Source of the DNA: Takakia lepidozioides
Taxonomy: Eukaryota > Plantae > Bryophyta
Length of the DNA: 64,000 nucleotides
Assembly (NCBI GenBank): GCA_030704615.1
Contig: CM060732.1
Span: 25,110,001-25,174,000, forward strand
Direction of reading: 5' to 3'
Below the pieces are notes generated by a model. That model made no database searches. It was not told the origin of the DNA and saw only the letters and a program-made list of their open reading frames with translations. Below, one piece after another: positions 37,996-50,080 of the stretch (position 1 is the first letter of the stretch; every line of letters starts with the position of its first letter). Both the position numbers and the translations under genes were made by a program.

Positions 37996-40098
37996 CCAGG
38001 GTCAGTACCAATCAAACAGGCAAGGTACAGAATGAATCCCAACTATGCACAGAAGGTTGGAGAAGAGATCAAGAAGTTGGCTGAGGCTAAGTTTATATAC
38101 CCAATAGAGTATACAACTTGGTTGTCACCCATTGTGATAGTTCCCAAGAAGAATGGTAAACTGAGAGTTTGTGTGAACTATAAGAAGATGAATGCTTGCA
38201 CGAAGAAAGATCCATTCCCTTTGCCATTCACAGAAGCAGTATTAGACACTGTGGCAGGCCATGAGATGTACTCATTCATGGATGGCTTCAATGGTTATAA
38301 TCAAGTGCAAGTGGCAGAAGAAGACCAGGGAAAGACGGCTTTCATCACAGACTCGGGTGCTTATGCATACAAAGTCATGCCCTTTGGACTTTGTAATGCA
38401 CCAGCAACCTTTCAGAGAGTGATAAGTAAATCTTTTCATGAGTATCTCGATGATTTCATGCAGGTGTTCTTGGATGATTTCAGTGTGTACAGCTCTAAGA
38501 ATGAGCACTTGCATAAATTGGAGTTATGTTTGGCCAGATGCAGAATGAGAGGTCTGGGCCTGAATCCAGAGAAGTGTACTTTTTGTGTGAACTCAGGGGT
38601 GCTAAGGAGATTCCTTGGCCAAACCAGTTATTACAGAAGATTTGTCAAAAGGTATGCACAGATAGCAGCACCATTGAGCAAGCTTCTGAAGAAAGATGTA
38701 GTCTTTGCATGGACAGCTGAATGTCAACAGGCTTTTGAGGAACTTACATTGTCAATAACAACTACACCTGTGCTGATTAACCCTCACTGGCATGTAGTAT
38801 TTCATGTTCGCTGTGATGCCTCAGGAGAAGCGTTGGGAGCTGTGTTAGCTCAAAATATTACAGGAAATATAGATTCACCTGTGTACTATGCGAGCAGGTT
38901 AATGAACAGTGCTGAAAGGAACTATAGCACAACTGAAAGAGAAGCACTGGCAATGATTTATGCAGTCAAGAAATTCAGGCATTACCTATTGGGAAGAAAG
39001 TTTATGTTTTACGTGGATCACCAGGCTCTGATATATTTGGTGAACAAACCTTTGATAAGTGGAAGGATAGCGAGGTGGTTAATAATCTTGCACGAGTTTG
39101 AGTTCAAAGTTGTTTACAAGCCTGGCCGTTTGCATCTTGTGGTAGATCATTTGTCACGCCTAACAACAGGAGAGGCCGCCACAGGAGTAGACGACCAATT
39201 GCCTGATGCGAGTTTATTTGCAATGGAGGTGCAAGGAAGTGCAGATGAATGGTTAGATTGGCAATGGCCAATCAGATGTGCCCACCTAGTTATGGTAAAG
39301 AGTAGAGGAAGAGAATCGCTATCAAGGCTTTACCTTATACTATGGTAGGGGGCAGAATGTATAAGCTAGGACCTGATGGAGTACTTAAACGATGCATGTA
39401 CCACCATGAAGTAAATAAAGTTTTGGAGGAAGTTCATAAAGGAGTGGCTGGAGGTCATTTTGGAGAAGAGACTACCAGTAGGAAGATACTACTTGCAGGA
39501 TACCGGTGGCCTACTTTGTTCAAAGATGTACACAAGTATTGTCAGAGTTGTGATGAATGTCAGAGGCTAGGACCTTTGCAGAGATCTGGGAAGATGGCTT
39601 TGCATCCTACGATGCCTACCGAACCATTTCAGAAATGGGGACTAGACTTTGTTGGATCAATTAACCCACCGGCCAAGAATACACAGAACAAGTACATAAT
39701 TACAGCCACTGATTATACTACGAAGTGGGTGGAAGCTAAAGCTTTGAGGGACAACACAGCCAGGTCCACAGCAAGGTTCCTGTATGAGAACATACTTACA
39801 CGATTTGGCTGTCCTTTGGAATTTATCAGTGACCAGGGAAGTCACTTCATTAATGAGACCATTGATCTATTGACTAAAGAGTTCATGATTGTGCATAGGA
39901 AGAGTACAACGTATTACCCACAAGGTGATGGGCAGGCAGAGGCTACCAACAAAATACTATGTACTATCTTGGCTAAGATAGTCAATGCAAACAGAACGGA
40001 TTGGGATACAAAGCTGCTGACAGCTTTGTGGTCATACAGGACTTCATATAAAGTCACCACTAAGTATACACCATTCCAATTAGTTTATGGTATGGAAG
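37996..40098 (+). mobile_element. Ty3/Gypsy fragment (family C, copy 2), inverted relative to copies 1 and 3
   Basis: ORFs 38032-39348 (RT-RNase H) and 39342-40157 (integrase) are near-identical in protein to the copy 1 ORFs. Confidence 0.92.
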
Positions 40099-40927
40099 TG
40101 TCACGCGGCTTTTGCTCACCCATCCCTTCGCTATCCGAGGCGGAAACTCCAAGATAGAAGAGTTGGAATCTCTAAGCACTCAGCCCGCTCAAAACAATCA
40201 GTCATGACCTACAGCTAGTGTATCATGGGGGTGTTTCCTATTTGTTTTCCTTCTCACATTCATGTTAGCTAGTTACCTTACTGTTGGTAATTAAGTATCA
40301 GTTTGCTTCAGCAATCTATCGGATCCCATCAACTCATCCATTCATTCCACAGCTTCACTCGGATCTCTCTACACAGTGTGAGTATGAAGTATGTATCAGA
40401 TTAATATCTATCGAGTATCAAGCTGAAGCCATGGAGTTTCTAATCTGCTCTACATTACAACTCTACAGATCGCCCTCCTCCTACTCTGTGCTCTCCCCCT
40501 TCTCCCAGATTTCCCCAAGAAGTCCCCCCTTCCTTTCCTCGCTCCTGGCTTTATCTTCCTACCCGTTGTTCTAACCGTTTCCCTCACTAACCGTCGGCAT
40601 CCGTGTACTAACATGTTCCATTCGCAGATGTTGTTCCCCAAAGTCGGTCCTTGTCCTGCTATCCGTTCCCTATGGTCGTGACAGCTGTGTCAAGCTGTGA
40701 CTGGCTGTGCGACTGTGTCTGGCTGTGTCTGGCTGTGTCGGCTGTGTCGGACTGTGACGGGCTGAGTTGGCTGTGATGGGCTGTGTTGGCTGTGACGGGC
40801 TGTGTAACCCCCCTCTAAAGTGCGCTGTTGTCACCCCTAAGGCTCCTGTTGGTCTCAGTCTGTGCAAAAATTAAGGGTACCCCACATATCCCGTATAAGT
40901 GTCTAAGTCCCAGACAGTCCTCTAACA
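40099..40927 (-). repeat. Probable 3' LTR of family C copy 3
   Basis: TGT...ACA ends; followed by ttaccccttcccctctc (minus-strand PPT); starts where copy 2 integrase homology stops. Confidence 0.65.
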
Positions 40928-43776
40928 TTACCCCTTCCCCTCTCAAAAAGTCGTGTCCTCACGGTTTACTGATTGGGATTAGAAAACCTTTGTGAGCGAG
41001 TACCTTTCTGACGTTGAGAGTCTCGTGAAGGACTCTATGTACGAGCCCGAGGTCTGCCACTGGTTGACGGAGATGATTGAACACTACCTGGATATGTGAG
41101 GCCCTCTGGAGGCTGATATGGAGGTAACCTTTCAGGCATAGGAGACCCCCGTCGCTTCTTCTCTGCCATCTGAATTGCATAGTCTTCTCCCATGTCAAAA
41201 GAGTCCGCTGAAGAAACAGTTGTATCAGAATCCTCATCTCCTCTCAGGTGTTTTAACTGTCGAACTTTTTGTGGAATCCTTTGGGGCATACAATGTTGTC
41301 CTACCATGTCTGGAAGTTTAAATTTTAAAACTTGCTGCAAACGCTGAATGGCAAAATTGGTGAAGACCCTAACTACAGTCTTGCCCTGTGCTCATCCACA
41401 TCCACATGTCCTGATGGCAAATCAAACAATTGCTGCAGGTACTGGGGAGTATTTCTATATCTACTCCCCTCATCTGAGTAACTCCTGTCCGAGGCTCAAT
41501 GTTTTGAAGAAATTGTATCATGAACTGCCGATGATGCAAGGATCAGTCCTTGCGTAGCAATCCCTCCAATCGCAGCTCCTTCAATAGCTGCACCGCTTGT
41601 GGTGCAGCAATCGTTTGCTTCTGTAAGATTGTGGTGCTCTTCACCCTGATATCCTCCATTCCTCTCACTCTCTTCATTCTAGACAAACAGAAAGGTTTTG
41701 GTTGCAACAACTGAAGAAACGTCTGCAGGGCACAAAGCATAAAAGTATGGTTGGCGCAGAATGAAATGGGTAAGTGCTTGTAAGCCTGTGGGGCTTGCAA
41801 GTATCGGTTTAGAGAAAAGATACTCTGCGTTCGCCCGTCCTTGTGCCACTGCGTAAGTAATAATGCGAGAGTGTAGTCTGTTATTTCCGCCATAGCTTCA
41901 AAGCTATAGCTTTGATTGTCTCTCCTGACGAGACGCCCGTTACTTGGAACGACGCCGACTCTTGCGCTCAGAATCCCTCTCAATTCTTGATTTTGCTTCT
42001 TGGAAAATACCCTGTGCAGGTAATTCTGGCTCATGATTGGCTGTTGGCTCTGTGATTGGTTTTGTAATTTAATTCCCTTCCATGGATTTCCCCCCCTGGA
42101 CTGTCCACTAGGATAGCACATGTGACATGGATTTCGCTTTTCGGTACTTGTAAAGGGTTCCGTTACCCTTTCCCTGTATGCATTAATGGGCCCATAATAA
42201 GTTAATGTGTCGGGTAGATACTTTGACGGCCAATTTTGTCTTCTTTCTTGATGACACTTGCTCTTGCAATCCATGTCCGGCTGTGTGTCTCGCCCTGGCG
42301 TCCGCGTGTCCATTTCTAAACCTACCTCCGTCCACTTTTCCTCCGGCCATTCTTCGGATGTTAACCCACGTCCACCTGTCACTGATCCTATGGACTGTGT
42401 AACCCCGGTAGGCTGTGTTGAGTTGTGATAGGCTGTGTGGCACTGTGGTAAGCTGTGATAGGCTGTGACATGTTGTGATAGGCTGTGATAGGCTGTGTGA
42501 CACTGTGATGGGCTGTGATAGGCTGTGTGACACTGTGGTAAGCTGTGATAGGCTGTGATATGCTGTGATGGGCTGTGATAGGCTGTGTGACACTATGATA
42601 AGCTGTGATAGGCTGTGACATGTTGTGATGGGCTGTGATAGGCTGTGTCACGTTTGTACTGCCCGCCCTGGTCATATACGCTCGGCTTAGCGACAAGTGC
42701 TCCATACTCCGTTGGTATCACTGGCGCAGCCCGTGACTACTTTTGCATTTCAACATGCAAATCGTGCTGCAATGGTTTGTCATGGATACCACTGTACCCC
42801 TTCAACTTATTGGCATTGACTCTTCCCAGCATCTCTTTGTTAATGGTTTGTAACATGGCGGTGTTGTTATCATACATCTTCTGTATGACATAAGGTCCTT
42901 TCCATGGTGATTTAAGCTTAGAAGCTTTAATCTTCCCCTTCTTCTGCAACCAGAGAACCAAATCTCCCGTTTTAAAAGTCTTTAACTTGCCTTCATCAAA
43001 CTGTTCCTTCCTCTTCATCTGAATTCTGGTCATGTTATCAGTTGCATCAGCACGTACTTCTTCCACATGGTATAATTCATGTTTCCTGACCTTAATTGAA
43101 TCTTCCAATTCCATTCTCTTTCCCCATTCCGTTCTCATGGTAGGTAACAGGAATTCCACTGGAAGTAAAGCTTCCATACCATAAACTAATTGGAATGGTG
43201 TATACTTAGTGGTGACTTTATATGAAGTCCTGTATGACCACAAAGCTGTCAGCAGCTTTGTATCCCAATCCGTTCTGTTTGCATTGACTATCTTAGCAAA
43301 GATAGTACATAGTATTTTGTTGGTAGCCTCTGCCTGCCCATCACCTTGTGGGTAATACGTTGTACTCTTCCTATGCACAATCATGAACTCTTTAGTCAAT
43401 AGATCAATGGTCTCATTAATGAAGTGACTTCCCTGGTCACTGATAAATTCCAAGGGACAGCCAAATCGTGTAAGTATGTTCTCATACAGGAACCTTGCTG
43501 TGGACCTGGCTGTGTTGTCCCTCAAAGCTTTAGCTTCCACCCACTTCGTAGTATAATCAGTGGCTGTAATTATGTACTTGTTCTGTGTATTCTTGGCCGG
43601 TGGGTTAATTGGTCCTAGTCCCCATTTCTGAAATGGTTCGGTAGGCATTGTAGGATGCAAAGCCATCTTCCCAGATCTCTGCAAAGGTCCTAGCCTCTGA
43701 CATTCATCACAACTCTGATAATACTTGTGTACATCTTTGAACAAAGTAGGCCACCAGTATCCTGCAAGTAGTATCT
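40928..43776 (-). mobile_element. Ty3/Gypsy fragment (family C, copy 3): integrase, tandem repeat, internally deleted extra ORF
   Basis: ORFs 42737-43744 and 41543-42382 parallel 34995-36608 and 34400-35014. Confidence 0.9.
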
Positions 43777-46700
43777 GCCTACCAGGGATGCCTCGGCGTG
43801 AGCCTGGTCACGTGAGCGCAACAGCACTCACGCCACGTCACCTTGCGCAAATGCCACGTCACGGGGCTCACTCCACGTTATCACACGTGAAGGCCGCGTC
43901 ACCACGTGCCTGGAAAGAAGTGGAGTGTATTCCCGCGGATTGGCACCCTTTACCGCGGAAACAAGCTGGACGACATAATAAAAGGCATTGAATAAAGGAT
44001 GGATGAATGTACAGTTGGATGATAAACAGATGGATGAGTGTGAAAAATGAATGTAGATGGATGAATGAGGGATGGATAAGAGTAAAATGGATGAATGTAT
44101 AATGGATGTTGAGGAATGACAAAAATTCATGACATGAAGATGCGTGACCAAAACTTTTGACGAATGCACAACGTATATGAAATGAGTGTGGAAGGTTTGT
44201 GGGGTGGATTAAAGAGTACAGAGGATGAATGTACAATGGATGTTGAACAAAGGAAAAAATTCATGAATGGAACACGCATGAATACACTGTAGATGAATGC
44301 ACAATGGATATGAGAAGAGTCAGGGAGGTTTGCGAGATGGATTCATACATATTGCAATTTAAATGAAAGTTGATTATGTGATTATTATTTGTTCTAAAGG
44401 AACAACTACGGTGGAGGAAGGGGATTCAACGTTTTCCAGATAGTATGAAAATGAATATTAAAAGAATAGTCTGACTCAGAGTCAGTACAATGTATCCCCG
44501 CTTCCTCTGCATCTAAGTCTAAGTATTTTAGAACACCGGATCCACGCTGGATACACCTACAGCTGGCCACTAAAAAGTCAGGGGATAGGGACTCGGCCGC
44601 GTGAAGTGCCATTGCTTCGGCATAAACAGGAAGCAGAAAATTGGAAAGGGGGCTGTCGAAAACAGACTCGCCAGAAATGACTGTATCTCCTGAAGATCCA
44701 CCGCTGCCTTTCCTGAAAGACAGCCTGAAAAAGTTATTACTGTAACTTTGATGTTATTGAGAAATTGAGTATGGCTCCCAAAGAGGGTTTAGCACTTACT
44801 CACATGAAAAGTCGTTGTCGACCTGCTTATCTTCGGGATCGTCATCATTTCGAATTTGAATCCGATCAGTCTGTGTGCTTGAAGTGGAGCCAGACAAAAG
44901 GGGGAGGAGCACTATGTTGTAGAGGTCAGAATCACCCTCCATGCCAAAAAGGCTTCTTCCGCCTGCCTTGCATGCATGGTAAGTTGCTCCTGCACCAGAC
45001 AGGAGGACATGAACAGTTTGGTGGGGGGGATTTAAGCAGATGAAACTGTTGAAAGAAAACCAATTCGGAAGGGAAAGAACGAACCTGTGGACACAGAAAG
45101 ATCGACCACCCGTGCAGAGCGGTGGCTGCATGACTCCAGCAGTATTTGCATGAACGCTGGGGACTTTTCCTTTGCACCTCTCCAGGGAGTGCCATCTGGT
45201 CTCTTCAGAGTCTGACTGGACTGCATGAAGTTGTACAAAATGTCATCGACATGGGGCTCATAGGGGGGGTTGACGAAACAACCCTGGTCAGAAATCTCAA
45301 AGCTGCGGATGGAGGATGGTGTCTTTGAGGTGCGAATCCTCCGCAGGCAGATCGCCTCGAACATCCTCGTCTGCCAAAGATAGCACGTTAGTGTGGTAAA
45401 CACAATCTATAGTGGAAGTGTGTACTGTAGTGTGAAAAGAAGGGGCGTGAATCCCCTTCTGTGCAAGTCTAGTTGTGCTCTTCCCTAGGTCAATCGGAGG
45501 GAAGGAAAGGAGCTCTCCCTCTCAGCTGATCCAACCATCGTCACTCGGTGTGGGTTTCCATCAGGTCCTTCGTGATCAGAGTTCGCACAATCCTCATCCA
45601 CGCCGCAGCGGAAGAGAAGACATGGATGGGGAGTCTGTATTGTTTTCACCCGTGGTTCTACTTCTACACGACATCCTTTCCCTGATACACTGCACCAGCC
45701 ATGTTACCATGCGGTCTTCAGTGATGCAACCAGCCCTACGTCAGTGATGACCACTGCCCTTGTGGGCAGCTCTCTTGGTCAACAATACGTGGAATCCCCT
45801 TTGTAACAAGATCACGATTTGGAAGGCGGCAACGCAGATCTGCCATGAGTTTGCAGGCCCACCAGTTTGGCCCTTCATGGGTTCATGCTTTCTTTATCTT
45901 ACCTCCCCAATCATCCATTCCTCATCATAACCTCTTGCTGGTCAACTCTCTCCCTTGTGTCCTTTTCTCTCTCCCTCTCTCTTTCTTTCAGGATAAGTGG
46001 GTTCCTCACTCTTTCCACTGTAACATGCCTATGATGCAATGCAATGCGCATTCAGCCAAGCATCCAGTGCACCCAGCATTGAAATCAACCTTGGTCACAC
46101 AAGATATAATCAGCCCTTTTATCAGTCCCTCTCTTGCCAATGACAGATGCTTCACACTCCACTTTTCCCAGGTATAACCATTGCCCAAGACAGCTCTCAA
46201 CCCTTCAACAGGTCTCAATTTACACACCCTGACAGCTCTCTTTTTCCCATCAGCTGTGAACCTCAGTGGTTCATGGGCTGAGAGCACTCTGAGAATCAGA
46301 TCCAAACCCAAACAGATGCTGGTTTTTCTGCCCCATCCACATCATCCCTTCTTGTTGTTTCCAAACAGTTCTATCTAACCCTCTCTGGTTTCCTCTACCT
46401 ACTAAGCTAGTTCCACATTGGCTGCAATGTGTCAACATCCCAGGCTAGATTGTTTGTACAAGCTCATGACGTTGAAACAAGGAACAAGAATACAACAACA
46501 GTAACCATTCTGTCCCAGCAACGAGTCTACCCTGTTTCCATTCATTTTCCTACTGTACAATGTAATAGCAGGTGCATCCATCTCCAGCCCATCCTGGTTT
46601 GAAGTCCAGTGTCTTCATTCCATTTACAAAGCTCTTTTTCTTCCTCACATGTCAGTGTCTCTTACTACATACAAGAGACAGTTCAAACTTCACAAAGCGA

Positions 46701-47772
46701 TTTCTAAGCAACCAAAAACCAAAAAGGGGGCCTACACTCCTCGAACTTATCTGTCTTATACTCCTTGAAGTGGTGGGTCTGCCTGTCAAGAAGGCACCTT
46801 ATCCTCTCCCTCGTCAGCCATCTCCGACGTTTCTTCTTATCGTGATTCCAGTCCTCATTAAGGCATGACGGCTCTGCTTCAGCTGCTGGCACATCCTTGT
46901 GCCTGCCAACCTCTACCCTATCCTTCTACATGTGCATTTCCTCCCTATGAGGTGATCTGGTCCTACAGCCCTTAAGACAGAGAGCAGATACATAACTTAT
47001 TTATAGATAGCTTAAGCGCCATACACACCAGAAGGCGGCACCGCTTCCTCTTGCACAGAAAGCCAAGCCAGATCCCTCAACGTCACTCTTTAAGGCAAGC
47101 TGATTCCCTTACAAAGTGATCTGGTCCTACAGCTCAAAAACAGACAGCAGCTACAAGATTTGATCACTGACAACCTGAGGCGATAATACACACCAGCCTG
47201 CATTTCTCATCCCCCAACACCTGCTGAGCCACTCCATCTCCTCATTAATGTGCTCACAAATACCATGGCGACAGCAGTGGTGCACCGCCCTTATCACAAA
47301 CCCGATCCCTCAGGTTTGATCATTGCTTACGAAGAAGGCGGCACCGCTTCTTCTTGCACAGAAAGCCAAGCAGGAGTTCTTAACATTTCTCTTAAAAGCA
47401 AGCTGATACCCTTTGCGTAGGTGGAACCTTCTCAGATATCCTGTGCTGCCAACACCACTGCAGCAGCTGCGAAAAGATCCACGCACTCTTCCCCTTCGAA
47501 TTTCACATCCCGCTTCTAGGGTTCAACATCATGGATGAAAATCATTCATCCTAGGGATGAAAAAGGTGCATGTCATAACTTAGCCATATTTTGTTCTTGG
47601 CAGATAAATAGCATAGTCCTTCCATGGAATTACCTCAAGTTATGGTCAATTCCTCCCCTTCATTAGCACGAAGGGTACTCCCTTTGTAGTAGTGCCGAAA
47701 CCTGATGCCAAACACAAACTTGAGATTTTTACTCCCTGCATTCACACTACATATGTAGTGTGTCTCCTTTTT

Positions 47773-50022
47773 TTAAGTGTCAGGGTCCTCACTGACCACC
47801 TTTAACGGCTGAACACCTATTGGTGGTATGAAGGGTTTTAAATCCCTCCTACTTCTTACCCATTCCTTGTCTGCTCCATCTCTCAACCTGCATCTTCGTG
47901 CAGCTTCTCCAGTCTTGGTTGTGCTTCCTGCGTCCTTGTATCCCAAAAAGTCATAGGGTCCCTCCCATGGAGATGTCATGGAAGACCTCTTTCCAGGTCT
48001 CAACATCATTACCTTGCTGTTCTCCATCAACGTGCAGTAAGTATGCCCTGTTTGATGCCTTCTTTCATAATCTCTTGCCTGTTGACGCTGCCCTTTCTTC
48101 ACACTCTTTCGCAGCTTTGCCTTCATCTCTGTGAGAAGCTGGATTTTCTGCTGCATCATAAGTGTGACTTCTGCTACAGATCCATCAGAATTTACTGGTG
48201 TTGTAAGAAAATGCAACCTGTTGTCAATTCCCAGCCTGGGAATTCTACCAGTAAGTACCTGAAAAGGTGAGAACCCAGTGGAAGCATGGACACCCATTCT
48301 GTAACCAAACAGGGCCTTATAGAGATTCTGATCCCACTCAGTGTCGTTTCCAACTCCTAGGGTGGTGATGCTCTGTTTGATGGACTTAATGACTCTTTCC
48401 ACCATACCGTTACACTGAGGCCAGTAGGGGGCACTATGCTCCCTCTTTATACCGTATTCGTGGCATGTATCTTCAAACTCACCTCCCCACTCTGTGCCAT
48501 TGTCAGTGAGCAACGTATGTGGGCAGCCATACCTGTCAATTACTTCTTCCTCAAGAAAGCGGGCAGCAAGGGCTGCTGTATGATCTGCCACTGGTGCAGC
48601 TTCTATCCATTTTGAGAAGTGATCGATTGCCACCAGAAAGTACTGATTGCCCCTGCTGGTTATAGGTAATGGTCCTGCCGTGTCAATTGCAACTCTGAAA
48701 AACAGATCCACTACTGGAATGCTATGAAGTTTTGAGCTACCTGAGCGCAACACTCCGTTCTGTTTGGCCATCTGACATTTACCACAGCCCTTGAGTACTT
48801 GCCTGATGAGTTTTGTTCTATCATGCCAGAAATAACGTCGGCATATCTCCTCTTGTGTTCTTCTGACTCCAAAGTGGCCAGTGGTTTCATGTACTTCAGT
48901 GATTATTGCCCCTCTGTCAGTCTTTGGTGGAACTACCCTTCCATCAAAGTAGACCTCACCTTTGAGATAGGAGTACTGCCTTGCCCGCCTCTTGACTCTC
49001 TTGCTCTCCTCCTTTGTCAGGTAGTCATTGACTTCTCCAAAACATAAGAGGTGCATGACCTCCACATCATCAAGCACATCAGGTTGCCTTTCCTCCCTAC
49101 CAGCTGCTGTATGAAGGTCAGAGCTGAGTAGAGAGCTTTTCCCACATCTTTCAGCCTCACGTAATAATGACATCTGAGTAGCTTTGGTGGGTGTGGTCCA
49201 TGGTACCCAGTCCGCTTCATCAATCTTGTTGCAAGAAGAAGTGTCTTGTTCTGAACCACTTGTTCCATCACTGTCTGAAGAACAAAACGTCTTGGTGGAA
49301 CACTCACCCCCCATGTTTTTCTTGGCTGGGCATTCTGATGAGGAAGTCACCCGCGTTCTTCTTGTTGTTGGAGTGCTTGTCAAGTGTTGAAGGAATGGTG
49401 TCCCTTGCAAGCTTTCCTTTTCATTGTTCAATCTCTCTTCCACAAGTTCACAGGCTGGATGTACCTCGCTCAGCTGCTTATCACGAGCACAAGATCCTCG
49501 GGTAATCACATGGATGGTGGGACAAGAGGGCATCAGATGCTCCTTTTCCTTGTTGCTGATTGCAGTAGCCTCTATCCTTCCTGCACCCTTATCCTTCCAA
49601 ATACCCTCCCTCACCAGATTGACAGAGCTTGATTGATCAATACCCTTTCCTTGTTTTTTTTTTGTAGCAAAAGTCTGTGCAGCAAAAGTCACCCTCTTTC
49701 CTTCTCCATCTGGCATTATGCCTGGTTTCAGTTCTCCTTTCAATATGCCATGATCCTTGGTCAACATTCCACCTGTGGAAGATCTTACTATACCCGGAAC
49801 GAACTCAAATGAAAAATCACCAAGTAAGTCTATGCCTATGTGGTGCTCTGAGTATAGCCACCAATATGGATCTAGATCTGTTTCTAAAGAAAAATGACTT
49901 CCCAACAGTATTTCCTTGAAGTGCCAAAGGCCCCATACACATGCATAGTACTCTTCTCTTTTGCAAATCATCTCCCCTTTTTCACTGCTATACCCTACTT
50001 GCCTATGAGCTTCTTCTCTCAA
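47773..50022 (-). CDS. Integrase ORF with degenerate RNase H-like N-terminus, 749 aa
   Basis: HETTGHFG..CGKC, AIDTAGP, TDNGTE, NGMVER, WEGPY; N-terminal EYYACVWGLWHFKEILLGSHFSLETD. Start codon uncertain. Confidence 0.85.
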   Translation of the reverse strand: MREEAHRQVGYSSEKGEMICKREEYYACVWGLWHFKEILLGSHFSLETDLDPYWWLYSEHHIGIDLLGDFSFEFVPGIVRSSTGGMLTKDHGILKGELKPGIMPDGEGKRVTFAAQTFATKKKQGKGIDQSSSVNLVREGIWKDKGAGRIEATAISNKEKEHLMPSCPTIHVITRGSCARDKQLSEVHPACELVEERLNNEKESLQGTPFLQHLTSTPTTRRTRVTSSSECPAKKNMGGECSTKTFCSSDSDGTSGSEQDTSSCNKIDEADWVPWTTPTKATQMSLLREAERCGKSSLLSSDLHTAAGREERQPDVLDDVEVMHLLCFGEVNDYLTKEESKRVKRRARQYSYLKGEVYFDGRVVPPKTDRGAIITEVHETTGHFGVRRTQEEICRRYFWHDRTKLIRQVLKGCGKCQMAKQNGVLRSGSSKLHSIPVVDLFFRVAIDTAGPLPITSRGNQYFLVAIDHFSKWIEAAPVADHTAALAARFLEEEVIDRYGCPHTLLTDNGTEWGGEFEDTCHEYGIKREHSAPYWPQCNGMVERVIKSIKQSITTLGVGNDTEWDQNLYKALFGYRMGVHASTGFSPFQVLTGRIPRLGIDNRLHFLTTPVNSDGSVAEVTLMMQQKIQLLTEMKAKLRKSVKKGQRQQARDYERRHQTGHTYCTLMENSKVMMLRPGKRSSMTSPWEGPYDFLGYKDAGSTTKTGEAARRCRLRDGADKEWVRSRRDLKPFIPPIGVQPLKVVSEDPDT

Positions 50023-50080
50023 CTCCTCCTTCCCTCCTTAAATTGAAATAATGAAGCATTGATGGCACCCCTATCCCAAG

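Noticed and set aside
45475-46892. Short ORFs duplicated at 54385-55802
   Set aside because: They are identical only because they lie in the two LTRs; no recognisable domains.
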